Positions 40,270 to 53,450 of a stretch of DNA of 64,000 bases are shown here, piece by piece. The position numbers and the translations under genes are program-made. Numbering within the stretch: the stretch's first letter is position 1; each line of letters opens with the position of its first letter. This DNA comes from Macrostomum lignano (lineage: Eukaryota), in contig NIVC01001239.1 in NCBI GenBank assembly GCA_002269645.1, positions 184,764 to 248,763 of the forward strand, written 5' to 3'. The notes below the pieces were generated by a model. That model worked only from the letters and a program-made list of their open reading frames with translations, was not told the origin of the DNA and did no database searches.

Positions 40270-41320
40270 GCGACTTAGTTGCTTCTTTTTGCGACTTACC
40301 TAATCCTTTTTGCGACTTACCTAACCCTTTTGCGACTTACCTAATCCTTTTGCGACTTACCTAATCCTTTTGCGACTTAGCTGATCCTTTTGCGACTTAC
40401 CTGATTCTTTTTGCGACTTACCTAATCCTTTTTGCGACTTACCTAATCCTTTTGCGACTTACCTAACCCTTTTGCGACTTACCTAATCCTTTTGCGACTT
40501 ACCTAACCCTTTTGCGACTTACCTAATCCTTTTGCGACTTACCTGATTCTTTTTGCGACTTACCTAATCCTTTTTGCGACTTACCTAACCCTTTTGCGAC
40601 TTACCTAATCCTTTTTGCGACTTACCTAATCCTTTTTGCGACTTACCTAATCCTTTTGCGACTTAGCTGATCCTTTTGCGACTTAGTTTGCTTCTTTTGC
40701 GACTTACCTGATCCTTTTTGCGACTTACCTGATTATTTTTACAACTTACCTGATCCTTTTTGCGACTTACCTAACCCTTTTGCGACTTACCTAACCCTTT
40801 TGCGACTTACCTAATCCTTTTGCGACTTACCTGATTCTTTTTGCGACTTACCTAATCCTTTTTGCGACTTACCTAACCCTTTTGCGACTTACCTAATCCT
40901 TTTTGCGACTTACCTAACCCTTTTGCGACTTACCTAATCCTTTTTGCGACTTACCTAATCCTTTTGCGACTTAGCTGATCCTTTTGCGACTTAGTTTGCT
41001 TCTTTTGCGACTTACCTGATTCTTTTTGCGACTTACCTGATCCTTTTTGCGACTTACCTGATCCTTTTTGCGACTTACCTAACCCTTTTGCGACTTACCT
41101 AACCCTTTTGCGACTTACCTAATCCTTTTGCGACTTACCTAACCCTTTTGCGACTTACCTGATCCTTTTTGCGACTTAGTTTGCTTCTTTTGCGACTTAC
41201 CTGATTCCTGTTGCGACTTACCTGATCCTTTTTGCGACTTAGTTTGCTTCTTTTGCGACTTACCTGATCCTTTTTGCGACTTACCTGATTATTTTTACAA
41301 CTTAGTTTGCTTCTTTTGCG
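40270..41320. repeat. 20-22-bp satellite (TTTTGCGACTTACCTAATCC)n, about 50 units
   Basis: Directly visible. Variant blocks are duplicated (about 40530-40760 and 40830-41060). Confidence 0.95.
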
Positions 41321-44300
41321 AATTGTTTTTCTTTTGCTTCACCATTTTCCCTGAACTGCTCTTTCTTTCGCTTTCCTCTTGCCTTTCTTGGTTCTTGTGT
41401 TTTTCTGTTTTTGGTTGACTCAATTTTGCGACTTACCCCTGGTCAGCCACGATTTACGGTGGCCGGATCGGCCAGGTCGGCCAGCAGTTGCGCATGTATG
41501 AGAGTAACGACTGTCTTATTAGGTCAAAATGCCTCATTATCTACTTAGTACTACTTAGGTATTTACTTGGGTGGTCATTTTTGCAACTTACCTTGGTTGG
41601 CTGCCAGATTGGCCAACTTGACTGACTATTGTACATGTATGATTTTAGCTTCTACTATGCTATCTATATAATGTGCATATATAGAGTAAAAAATCTTTGT
41701 TGTTTGAGTACCCAAACCCACTGACTTAAGATGATATGAATAATAAGAATACAAATATTACATTGTAAGCTAATTTAATACAATAATTAGGCTTCTAATA
41801 TTGAATCCAATAGGTTAGAACATAAAGTGAATAGGGTACTGATCAATGCAATTTATTGATAAACAAATTTGGTAATACTAATACTAATGATAGAGATTTA
41901 CCAAGACAAACAAATCTGGCAAAATCAAATTTGGAATTTGGAGTCTAGTCAATAAAATGACAATAAAAGACAAAAATTAAGCATACCTTATTGATTTTTC
42001 TAGTCAATATATAAATAATAAATTTTCATTATAATTGAATTTAAGGTAGGCCTAGCAAAAATTGCACCTTGTAACCAATTTTATTGGGCAATTTTAAGGC
42101 TTAGAGAGAAATTTATCTTATTTTAAAAGATTGGAAATATAGACATATTTATACTATATATTTTGTCTAAAAATACTTTGATTTCTTGTTTTATTTTTTA
42201 GATATTATTATAATATAAGGTATGTAGTAGTGCACATAAAGATTAAAAGAAAAATAGGTTGATATGCCTCTAGGCTAAAATTTTTTAATTTCAAAGTATA
42301 ATTTTAGAATTTGGAATAGGCCTACACATATTTAGTACACAAAAACCTAGCTCAAAGCTGTATTATGCAATGTCTAATAATATATACATGTAAATTTGCC
42401 AATAGAAATTTTATATAAACAAATTTGGTAAAAGCAAATCTGCAAACTAAAGTGCATGTATCCAATGTATCTATCTAAATTATTGATCTAACCAAGGCTT
42501 TAATAACACTTATATAAATAATATAAACTGTCTATTAGACCAACCCCCATTTTTTTCTTTTATTAATAGGCCTAGTATATAAGGCAATGTCCTAGTTTCC
42601 TGCATTAAATTATTTTGACCTAAAATTTAAAACAAACAAACAAAAACAAGTTTAGAGCTTAGGCCTAATTAAAGATTTAAAATGAGTCTTAAGTCTTAAA
42701 ATAGAATAGTATATGGCATAGAAATACGTTAGCCAGAGTAGAAAATTGCCAAAGAAGTTGTTACTATTAGATGATAGGTTGCCAGCCAACATATAGTTGA
42801 CTCAGCATCAATTGTAAAGATACAATATTTATAGATGCTTAAGGTTGTCTCTAACTATGATTTACACTAAAAATAACAAAAATTAGGTCAAAATAATTTA
42901 ATTTGGGAAACTAAGGCATTGTCATACATAATATAGGCTTAAAGCTTAGTAAAACACATAAGCCTATAATAAACTTAAATATAATATAAGAAATATGCAT
43001 TGTTAGATAAGTATATTCTAGAAAAATATATAGTAGAATAGAACAGAAGTATTGTCAATTGATACTACTGCTGTACATATATACATATATATATACATAA
43101 TACATTTAGATTTTCTATGGCAAAGAGATGCCTTAAGATTAAGACTAGTCACTAAACTCCTAGGCCTAGGCCTAATCTTACATAAACTTGAAATAGGCCC
43201 TACTAGGCAATCTAGATGGAAAGAAATTGGACAGAAATGCAAAGCAAATTTTTGGAAAATAGAATTTTTATTAGGTTTCATAAGCATTTTGGGAGTTTTA
43301 GAAATTGCTTTAGAAATTAAATTTCGCTTAGTCCTAGGCCTATATAGAATTGCTGGGTTGCTTGTTGCTATCTAATTATTTAAATTAGTAATTTGCCTAG
43401 CCTAGAAAATAGATTTTTGCTGAATTTGCTTTTGCCAAATTTGTCTGCAATCAATTTCTGTCACTGAATTTGCCCGCATCCAGATAAACATAGGTAAGCT
43501 GAATTGCAGAAAAGCCTTTGAATGTCAATATTGAAATTACAGAATCTAGAGGGGTCTCAGTTATTGTTTAGTGCCAGGTAATTTGATTTTAATTGTTGTT
43601 CTAACTTTACATCTAAGCATAATGATGATTTAATGTCATTTTTTACAGCAAAGAATAAAACTAATACACGTGCTAACATTTTGATTAAGATTGCTTTAAT
43701 TAAACACAGAAACAAAAAGCGTTATTAAATTCCAAGAAAATAATTATTACTTTTTTAATATTTGAACCACAAGGAAAAACAAAATAGGTTGTTTATGCTA
43801 CTGAAAAATAATTATTTTTTAGTTAGGTACAATAATATGTTTCTACTTTCTTAAAGATAAAAATAAAAACGTTAAGTTGTTTTTACTTTATGTGCAAACA
43901 TTTGTTAAAATATAACTTCCAAGACATGACCAGAACCAATTTGTGAAGTATAACTTTTTGTCTCCGTAACTAGAGGGAGATACGTGCTATAAATTTTTTA
44001 TTATTGAATGACAATCGCCAAGAAGAAAGTGAAAAATCGTGCAAGGTGAGGCTGTTAAGGCAGTCAAATATTAACAGAGTTTAATAGTTATTTGCTGTTT
44101 TTCTTGGAATTCCAAACCGATTCTGGTTCTGGAATTGGTAATATGAAAAGGCCCATGGAGTTTTACAAAGCTGTTCGAGATAATCAATTTACCCCTGTAT
44201 GTTTCGCTCTAAATGGACTCTTTAAATAAAACTAGTTGCGTAAGAGCCCTCCCCCAAGGGCTGAGACTGAGACGCAGGGCCTTTGATTGCCCAAAACTTA

Positions 44301-46309
44301 CCAATGAATGAATGAATTACCCCTGTATGTTAATGTGTACATCATTTGAAAATGAAGATTGTAGTCTTTAGGTAACACTATACTATAGGCATAGCTATTA
44401 ATTAGGCCTAAATCTTAAATTTAGTCAGGAGGGTGGCTTTGGCATGGAAAATTTATTTTATTTCCCATCATTCATATTTCAATTTTATTAAGTTAAAAAG
44501 TTAAGCTTTTGCAGCTATGCCATGCCCATGGCCTTGCCTTATGGCTTACGCCTACTAAAGCTCTATCTAAATGTAACAATTGAAATATAGGTCTTTTTCT
44601 GTTTCTGAATCTGAAACTTTCAAATTTTAATCTTAAACTTTTTATAGATAGCCAAGCCTACTTGTAGGCCTAACGTCCAAATAGCAAAATTTAACTTAAT
44701 GTTATCAGGCCTAAGCTAAGCTTTAAACAATTGAAAATTTATTCTATAGAATTATTTTGTTAATTGCAGATTGCAAATGGCTTTTTGCAAACAGTAAGCT
44801 TAAAAACTAGTATAGGCCTAGGCCCTAATATATTTTGGCCCCAAAAATATTATTTTAAGTAAGCCTAAATACAACTTTCTTTTGGCTTTATGCCTTTATA
44901 TAATATTATGGAAATAATATTTTGTGGCAGTCCACTGCTGCCAAACGCCCAACTTATTAATATAATGTGGACTGCAAAGCTTTGCCTAAATACTTCTCTA
45001 TGGCCCAAATAGATGCTCAAATTAAGAAGCCATGCCAAACTTGAGGCTTGGCAAGAAGACTTTCTTTACTCACTTGCACAACCTTGGCTTAGACTTATGT
45101 CCCCAAACTTAGTGTTGCAAGATCTTTCTAGCAATAAAAGTCTCTCCTCTCAAAGTTTAAAACTCAAGGAACAATTAGCATTTGAAATTTCCCGATTTCC
45201 TAACTACTTACTACAGAGGCTTATAAGTTTATTCATTGAATTTCATTGCCTAGCTAATATACTACACAGGGCTGCCTATTGAAAGGCACCAATAATAAAA
45301 CCAATTTAACCTCAACACAGTCCTATTTATCTGTTTACATTGTACTACAGCTATGTACACAGCCTGAGCCCAACCCCCCATTCTGGGCTAAGCATTAAAT
45401 TTAACTCAACCCCTACCATGCAAGGTTTTATTTGCATTGAATGCAGAACATGTGTACCCACTACCCCTCAATAAACAGCAACTAGTGGGTGGAGGTTGGG
45501 GTAGTTTTTTTTACAAACTGGCTATAGCCCTAGGCAGAATAGCCAAAGGTTATTGAAGTTTGAAAAAGCAGTTTTCTGCTTTTTTAAAGATCTTAAAATG
45601 TGAAAATAATAAATTAAAATAGCCTACAACCTGCTCCGCAAAATTTGTAGTTTTCCTTATATCTGTTTCAATTTTTATTAGTTTTTCATTGGGTATTATA
45701 TAACAAAATTGACATAAATATGGCTATTAAAAGAAAAAAAATGCCTTAAGATGCTATTTATTAATCAAATGCTCCTAGTTACTTGGGCCTAGTGAAACAT
45801 ATTTGCATAAATATTTTAAAAAATCAAATAACAAAATTTAGATAATAGGATAATTAAAAGACTAATAGCATCTTGAGTTTTAATAAGATCTTGTCCTTTT
45901 TTCTTGACTTAATTTGTATAAGATTTATAATCCTATAGGTAAAAAATCTTTAGGAAACTTTAATATAATATAGAGGTTGGGTAGGATTGAAATCAGGCAG
46001 GATTAGGATTGGGAATAGTTTTTCCCTGGGTTTAGGATTGGGTTTTGGGAATCAAGACTAGGTCTTTTAGTGTATTGTAGTTCATAAGTTCATATAGAGT
46101 TGAACTAATAGCATCAAGATTCAATATTAAATGGTAAAACATAACAGAATAGATACAAAGTTTTGTAACCAATGAAGATTGATGTATCAAATTTCTCCCC
46201 ATATTTTTGTCTTGCTACACCTCTGCTTTCTATTGGTTTAACTGCATTCCCATTTGCGCCGGCACCTACAATTCCAGTTACATTTTGAGTAGCAACACAA
46301 GCAGCAACA

Positions 46310-46642
46310 ATGGCAGCAGCAGCAGCAGCGCGGTCGATCACCAATGCAGCTAAAAGCTTTCTACCGCAGCTCGATCGAGTCCTTGTGCAACGCTTCGAAC
46401 CGCAGCTAAAAACCAAAGGCGGCGTCCTTCTGCCAGAGAAAACCATGGGCAAAGTGCTGGAAGCTACGGTGGTGTCCACGGGTCCTGGTAAGTTCCTCGA
46501 CTCTGGCAAGATTCAACCGGTTAGTGTCAAGGCAGGTGATCGGGTTCTCCTGCCCGAGTTTGGCGGCACCAAAATCATGCTGGACGATGTCGAGTATTAT
46601 CTATTCCGAGACGAAGACATCCTTGGCAAGTTCGAGTCTTGA
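46310..46642 (+). CDS. HSPE1: 10-kDa chaperonin (HSP10/GroES), intronless, 110 aa
   Basis: FLPQLDRVLVQR, TKGGVLLPEK, ATVVSTGPG, VKAGDRVLLPEFGG, LFRDEDILG. Confidence 0.95.
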   Translation: MAAAAAARSITNAAKSFLPQLDRVLVQRFEPQLKTKGGVLLPEKTMGKVLEATVVSTGPGKFLDSGKIQPVSVKAGDRVLLPEFGGTKIMLDDVEYYLFRDEDILGKFES

Positions 46643-47027
46643 GCTAAACAAGTTGAATAGACAGAAATGACCTAGGACAGTGTTACCTTGCTACCATCTC
46701 TTTGTTACTCAAAGTTTTTCTTCAGTCCTAGTTATTCACATCTAGCAATGATTGATACCCTCCATTTTAACACCTTTTTGAGCTTTGTACTCGTAGTTTC
46801 AAAATTTCATGGGTATCTTCTGTGTGTGTGTTAGTTGTATAACCAAATACATGCTTGATCAAACTGCAATGAAGAGCAAGCACGGTAAATGTAGTGCAAC
46901 AACTGTGGTGGTGACAGCAGTTGGCATTTTTGATACCTAGGTTTTTTAATAAATCAATTAGCTTTTTCTTCAATGATAATTCATCTTTTTTCTGGTTCAA
47001 CCGTAGAAAATCTTTAGTGACTTGAAG

Positions 47028-47235
47028 CTGTGCGCACCCAGGCGCACTCCAAGCGATATTGTCACAACCGGCGAGAGGCATTACTGTCCATTCCGCCGAC
47101 TCCCCTGAGCAGGCACACAAGCGCGAGGATACGTACGCAGTCGCACGCACAGGCCACACACTCACAGGAGTGTACAGCGACTCTAACTTTATTTATCGTT
47201 CTAAGGCGTACACTTCACTGTGCCTTAGGGGTTGT
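47028..47235 (-). mobile_element. Diverged, truncated copy of the tRNA-derived SINE
   Basis: GGCGAGAGGCATTACTG.CCATTCCGCCGACTCCCCTGAGCAGGCACACAAGCGCG is shared with 507-870. Confidence 0.8.
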
Positions 47236-48080
47236 TTCAGTATAGATGTTTTGTTCAACGGTTGTCACCAACTAAAAGCTGGGGATAAACAAGGCCAAGG
47301 GGTTGGGCTCATGTGCTCCTGAAGTTAAGGCTTGTCTTCTCAATCTTATGAAGCTTTCCTTACAGTGCCTCAATTACAAAAAGATAAAAAATATGACTTG
47401 TAAACTTGCGCATGTGCATGTTCGGAAAGACAAACTTCTACCAGAGCTTGTACATAGAAGTATTTGTGCAGTAAGTGTATAACATTCTTTATTAAAAAGA
47501 CAGAATTTTCTGAGTGGAAGCAAAAGACACTACTATAAATACTAGGAGTGCAGTGCTACAGTGTAGGTATGGTGAAGCTCGAAAAGTGCAAACGTAAAGT
47601 AATTTAGCTTTTGACTCTTTAAAGAGAAAATTGAGGCAATTGTAGCAGTTACCATAAGCATTTTCATGTCAAGAACCATTGTAGTAGAGTCTACAGTGAT
47701 CCTTGGTACATAATACAACAGCACGACAGTTACATGAATTCTGATTCTGGGCTGGCTATGGCAAACAAAAACTTTGATTAGCAACGTAATACGCTCAAAC
47801 AACATTTAGAAAGTCGTCACCTTAGTCGACGCAGAGTTGGCTGGGTGAGGAGGTATTGGGAAGAGCGGAGGGCGAATATTGGATGGATTGACGCTTTCGC
47901 CTGGTTTTCATTGTTTTTTCGAGTATTTTTATATCATAATGGTTGGCCAGATGATAGACGCTGGTCGAAAGAAGTGCTCACTGTAACAAAGGGTGGCGAC
48001 TTTTCAATGCTGCTGGGTATGTTTTGGTATTAAAAGAATTGGCAACTTTAATCACGTTCTAATCATTGTCTCTATGCTTA

Positions 48081-48406
48081 TCAATGAGCACCACAAGCGA
48101 CGTCTGTGTGGTGCTCGGCAGTCAGTGTCTGGGTGAAAAACCTAGCCCGAACGCTATTTAGCGAATCGTTAGATGATGCTAAGTCACCCTGGGCTGATCG
48201 ACCACGGCAATGGCTGACTGCAACGACTGACAGAAATGCTAACAGTAGAAGAACAAACACAGTGACACTAATAGTAACAGTGACTCTGTTGATGTCGATG
48301 ACCTCAGCCGAAGGACTGCTAGGACCAGACGTTAGACTAGGCCCAGTCAGGTCGGGGGGTGAAGCCCGTCTGCAGTTGTTCGTGTCAGGCAGCATTGTTC
48401 CGTTTG
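48081..48406 (-). CDS. Probable terminal exon of a single-pass membrane protein (S/P-rich stalk, TM helix, short tail)
   Basis: Acceptor CTCTACACAG|CA at 48406 (phase 1), hydrophobic stretch VTVTISVTVFVLLLLAFLSVVAVS followed by HCRGR, and TGA at 48081. Confidence 0.5.
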
Positions 48407-48765
48407 CTGTGTAGAGAGTATGGAGTTGAGGGGTTGACCGCGGGTGAGGTACATGTACAGTACAATGTGCAAGGCCTGTACAGCATTCGCGACGTCTATA
48501 GCGATCTGTAGTTTAGCTGCTGTAATTTATTAACGTTCAGCCGACGGATGACGTACTCTATCCGTCGGTGTGATACATGCAAATGTATGCATGTAAATAT
48601 CCAATTACTATAACGACGTCCGGGTACGTTGGCAAAATGTCGGAATGTTGCACAAGAAATAGCAGCTTTTTCGAGGTTCTGGGAGTCATGAAGCCCTCTA
48701 TTCTTAATACCCAAGGACAGCAACCTACATCTACATGTATAGCAGCACTGAATTCAGCGCCCAAT

Positions 48766-50320
48766 TAGGGGGCGACCGGGACAGCCAAAGTCGGGCCCGG
48801 GTCGGGCCCGGGAATGAGGACTCGGGCCCGGGTCGGGCCTCGGGAATTTGGGACAAGATCTTTAGGACATCTCAATAATTGGAAAAAAAATCATAATAAA
48901 TCTTAATACTTTTAGCATATGCGGATTACTATTAAATATATAATAAATATATAGATATATTAAATCTAATATAATATATTAAATGTATAATAAATATATG
49001 ATAAACATTAAATATATTATAATATATAAATATATTGAATATATAATAATATATAAATATAATAAATATAATATATTAAATTAAATATATATTAAATATA
49101 TTATATATAATATAATAAATATTATTTTTATTTAATACATTAGTTAAGACTTCAGAATAGATAAGAGTTACATTAAAAGACTTAATACTCAAATATCAAT
49201 ATACCCAATAGTTCAAATTCAATGTCACTGTGTGGCACAAGTACTGTGTGTGTGCCAGTGACAGTGACACTAATAGGCAGTGAGGTAGGCAAGCAGGCAC
49301 TGCGGTAGTGCGGCTGGCACTGGCAGTGGCAGTAAGCAAAAAGAAGAAAAGCTGAACCATTAAGTGTAAGGCACTTGGCATTGGAAGCAATAAGGAAGTA
49401 AGAACCAAATCAATTGATTGATTCTTTTATTTGAATTTTTAGTTCCTTTACATAGCTTCAATGTAAAGAGCCATGTACACAGTCAGTATTCAATAAGACA
49501 ACAAGACAAGACAACAGAACAGAACACAAGTGAAGTGACAACACAACACAACACTCAACTGTCTCAACAGAACAGGCAAACAGACAATGGAAATACAAGT
49601 AATTAGCTGATACCTGCCTACCTGCTCACCTACCTACCTAAACGAATATGATTACGAATATGATACTATGAGTCTACGACTACAACTACCTACGAATACA
49701 ATACAAATATGAACACGATTACAAACTCTGACAGATAGCAAACTTCTTGGAAAAATGGTAGCCTTGGCCCTTAATAGGTACTTCTTGGAATGTAAATAGG
49801 AAATGTTATTTACAAAAGCTTAAAATTGACAAATCAACTTTTTTAAGAATCATATTTTTGCTTTTAGGCTGCAGCCTGCAGCGTGTAAAGTGGAATCAAT
49901 ATTGCAAAAAAGTATTGCAAAACTATGTTTTAATTTTATCTTCCTGGAAAAAATCCGATCTTCCTGGAAAGTGGAAACTGGCTGTGGCTGACGCTCACGG
50001 TCACAGTCACAGACGCTCACGCTAAGAGCATACTACAAATCAATGATATTGCTACTTCACATCATATCATCTATTACTATTACTGCAGTCGTGCAGTGCT
50101 TGAGTCTTGAGTGCTGATGCGATGCTTAACTGAGTGTTGTGCTGTGCTGTGAATAAAAATAATTTTATTCTTATTTGCACGCAGTTAGTGCCTTTAGGGA
50201 AAAAAGACTTGTCCCGATTTCCCGACTTTTTTAGGGTCGGGCCCGGGCCCGGGTCGGGCCACGATTTTGGTCGGGATTCCCGACTTTTCGGGCCCGGGCC
50301 CGGGACTGGGTCGCCCCCTA
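48766..50320. mobile_element. Non-autonomous hAT-type DNA transposon, 1555 bp
   Basis: Perfect 12-bp TIR TAGGGGGCGACC / GGTCGCCCCCTA. 8-bp TSD CGCCCAAT at 48758-48765 and 50321-50328. Multiple subterminal CGGGCCCGGG/TCGGG repeats at both ends. No transposase ORF. Confidence 0.92.
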
Positions 50321-50644
50321 CGCCCAATGCTGAATTCGATGCTTAGGGCCCCTAAGTATGAAGTCTTTTTATGGCGCTAAGATATTTTGTAGCACCCATA
50401 GAATCTGCGCACAATGCATGTAACTGGCTGCATAGTATACCCTTAAATTTTTGGTGCACCCTAAGTCCCAAACGCAAATTGGATTTCCCAGAGGCTATAA
50501 ATACAGCAATGCTGTACGCGAAGGGGGAATGCCTTAAAAATTGCGCTCCAAAAACTAAATGAAGGATCGCTGTAACCAAGCTTGTTGAAAGAATGACGGA
50601 AGATCAAACCCCTTGGACGCGGCATCCACCAGCCTAGGAGACTA

Positions 50645-50865
50645 TAAAGGCGCCCACCAAGAGACATGGGCGCTCACCTGAGAGACAGGGGCGCCCACTA
50701 AGAGACATGGGCGCTTACCTGAGAGACAGGGGCACCCACCAAGAGACAGGGGCGCTCACCTGAGAGACAGGGGCGCCCACCTGAGAGACAGGGGCGCCCA
50801 CCTGATAGACTGGGTCGCCCACCTGAGAGACCCAGGGCACCCACCAAGAGACAGGGCGCCCACCA
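50645..50865. repeat. ~22-bp repeat (CACCTGAGAGACAGGGGCGCCC)n
   Basis: About 9 degenerate units. Confidence 0.85.
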
Positions 50866-51309
50866 ACAGATCTCTAGCTGTTAAACTCGATCTGCTTTTT
50901 ATTTACTCACGATAGTAAAGACATCCGGGAGGTGTTGTCAATGGTTCGCATCTTGTGCAACCTAAGTTCTGATTTGTGCTGTCGAAGCTCAGGACCTTTA
51001 CCTGGATAATAACGAAACGAAGCAATTAGTTATTAGTGCGTGATTTATGAACTATATTATGAAGCAACAAAAAGAAAAAAATTAAAGCACTTACTAAGGC
51101 TTGGTATCCTTGATGCTTTGGAAAACAGTTGAAGGCTGAGCTGTCAGTAAAAGTTACTCTGGCCAGTCCCGATGAAGAGTTGACAAGCTTTTTTACCTGC
51201 ATGACAGGGGCAAGCTGATAGTGTAGCATTGCAAAAAACTAAATTTGTACATTTACATACAGTGCGTACCAGTTCGTTAATAAGGTGCGAAATACCCCTA
51301 GTGCTAATT

Positions 51310-52100
51310 AAGCCCCAGGTACTAAAGCCCCTGGTGCTAGCTCGTAAAGCCACTGGTGCCAAAGCCGCTGGTGCTAAAGCCGCTGGTGCTAAAGCCCTCT
51401 AGTGCTAAAGCCGCTGGTGCTAAAGCCCTCTAGTGCTAAAGCCCTTAGTGCTAAAGCCCTCTAGTGCTAAAGCCCCCCCTCTAGTGCTAAAGCCCCCCCA
51501 CCTGGTTGCTAAAGCCCTCTAGTGGTAAAGCCCCTGGTTTCTAAAGCCCCTGGTGCTAAAGCCTCTGGTGCTAAAGCCCCTGGTGCTAAAGCCCCTGGTT
51601 GCTAAAGCCCCTGGTGCTAAAGCCCCTGGTGCTAAAGCCCCTGGTGCTAGCTCGTAAAGCCACTGGTGCCAAAGCCGCTGGTGCTAAAGCCGCTGGTGCT
51701 AAAGCCCTCTAGTGCTAAAGCCGCTGGTGCTAAAGCCCTCTAGTGCTAAAGCCCTTAGTGCTAAAGCCCTCTAGTGCTAAAGCCCCCCCCCTGGTTGCTA
51801 AAGCCCTCTAGTGGTAAAGCCCCTGGTTTCTAAAGCCCCTGGTGCTAAAGCCTCTGGTGCTAAAGCCCCTGGTGCTAAAGCCCCTGGTTGCTAAAGCCCC
51901 TGGTGCTAAAGCTCCTGGTGCTAAAGCCCCTGGTGCTAAAGCCCCTGGTGCTAAAGCTCCTGGTGCTAAAGCCCCTGGTGCTAAAGCTCCTGGTGCTAAA
52001 GCCCCTGGTGCTAAAGCCTCTGGTGCTAAAGCCCCTGGTGCTAAAGCCCCTGGTTGCTAAAGCCCCTGGTGCTAACGCCCCTGGTTGCTATGCTAAAGCC
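51310..52100. repeat. 15-bp minisatellite (GGTGCTAAAGCCCCT)n with an internal block duplication
   Basis: Directly visible. The block starting GCTAGCTCGTAAAGCC occurs at about 51336 and 51646. Confidence 0.95.
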
Positions 52101-52239
52101 TTTTAAATTAGGGGCGCCCCTACTATCCTGGGTTCGCCCCTGTGCAAGCTAATTTCTATACATCAGCATCACAAATGCCCAAAAGGTTTAAAAATAGCAT
52201 ATGATATGCATGTATTCTAGTATTCAAAATTGTATTGTC

Positions 52240-52505
52240 ATTGAAACTAACATTATCCATCGCTAGATCTTTGCGAGCATGAAAGCCGGAGTCAGACCGA
52301 ATTTGAACCAGAATGTTGTTCCAAGGCACAGAGGGCGGAGTGAAGTACACGTTGGCTTGGCCTAAGCTGCATGAAAATGTCAAGTACAGATTAGACGTCC
52401 ACGATTCCAGCTTCATAGCATAACTTTCTGCGGGATTTTTATCAGTCAAGGTTGCAATGAAGCATATAGCTTGTATGTAGTGGTCGGTTATGTTGGTAAG
52501 TATAC
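52240..52505 (-). CDS. Possible internal exon, MAM/ConA-like extracellular domain
   Basis: Open frame QAICFIATL...WNNILVQIRSDSGFHARKDLAMDNVSF resembles MAM 'C-L-x-F' and 'GDIAIDDI'. It may belong with the TM exon at 48081-48406. Splice sites are unresolved. Confidence 0.35.
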
Positions 52506-53103
52506 TACTCGGCAGTAGTTAATCCCCTTCCTAACTCGCGCTGTCACGTGAGGTAGAAAGCAATCTGATTGGTGACTCATCTACATGTAACAGTTAATGA
52601 TGATCAGGATACGCGTACGTGTATACAACGCCAATGCAACATCGGATACATCGGAGATGTCCTACCACGCGTCGATGACAAAAATAATCAGTAAGTTACT
52701 TCTACGAGTACTTACGCCGACGTTAAACCAACATTAGTGAAAAGTGGGGTTCAACCCTCACGCAAGTACTAGTAGACAGAGACCAAATTTTGGCTTTTTT
52801 AACTTTTGTCCGTCAATCAAAAGCCACACGCCCTCTTAGCTCCTACCACTCTTGCTGCGCATAAAATTAAAGAAAAAAATTTTCTTTATGGCGATTGCAT
52901 TTTGGGCAGTATGAAAGATTTTACGTTTCAAATCTTTATTCATCTACTTTTATTAGTACTCTGAATCGAATTTTTAGCAGGCGGCGTCACTAATTCCGTG
53001 GATTTACATGTATTGTAAAAGAGCTCATTTGCCAAGGACGTATGTTGGACGTTGGGTACATTGGTAACTTCGGCAGACGTCGGAATATTATACGGGATGC
53101 CAG

Positions 53104-53212
53104 CAGGGGCGTAGCCAGAGGGGAAAGAGGGGTAATTAGGGTGTCCTGCTTCACTAATGAGCTCGCAAAAGTATGCGCTGACAGACGCATCCACGACAAG
53201 CTACGGCCACTG
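53104..53212. mobile_element. Small MITE-like element with CAGGGGCGTAGC / GCTACGGCCACTG ends
   Basis: Imperfect inverted termini, no clear TSD. Confidence 0.45.
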
Positions 53213-53347
53213 CATGCTCAAGGTTCTTTAAAACATTACTGAATCGCTATGACATTGCTTAATTTAATTGCATGCATTCTTGTGCCGCGAGACAGCGGGG
53301 GATGCGATAGCTGTTGATGACTCCTATTGCTCGTATATAGCCTAGTC

Positions 53348-53450
53348 AGTGGGGGTTGTAGAGCGTCGGACCCACGACCAGCTGATAGGTGTGGGGTTCG
53401 ATTCTCGACCCACTCGGAACAATCTGTGTCCTTGAGAAATACACTTGATA
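53348..53450 (+). mobile_element. Relic of a second tRNA-headed SINE family
   Basis: GTAGAGCGTCGGAC (A-box region), GGTTCGATTCT (B-box, 53395-53405), then TGTGTCCTTGAGAAATACACTT, which resembles the conserved central motif of CORE/V/Meta-type SINEs. Confidence 0.45.

Noticed and set aside
41500-46300. Head-to-head HSP60 partner or heat-shock elements for HSP10
   Set aside because: No GroEL-like frame and no convincing nGAAn array were seen upstream.
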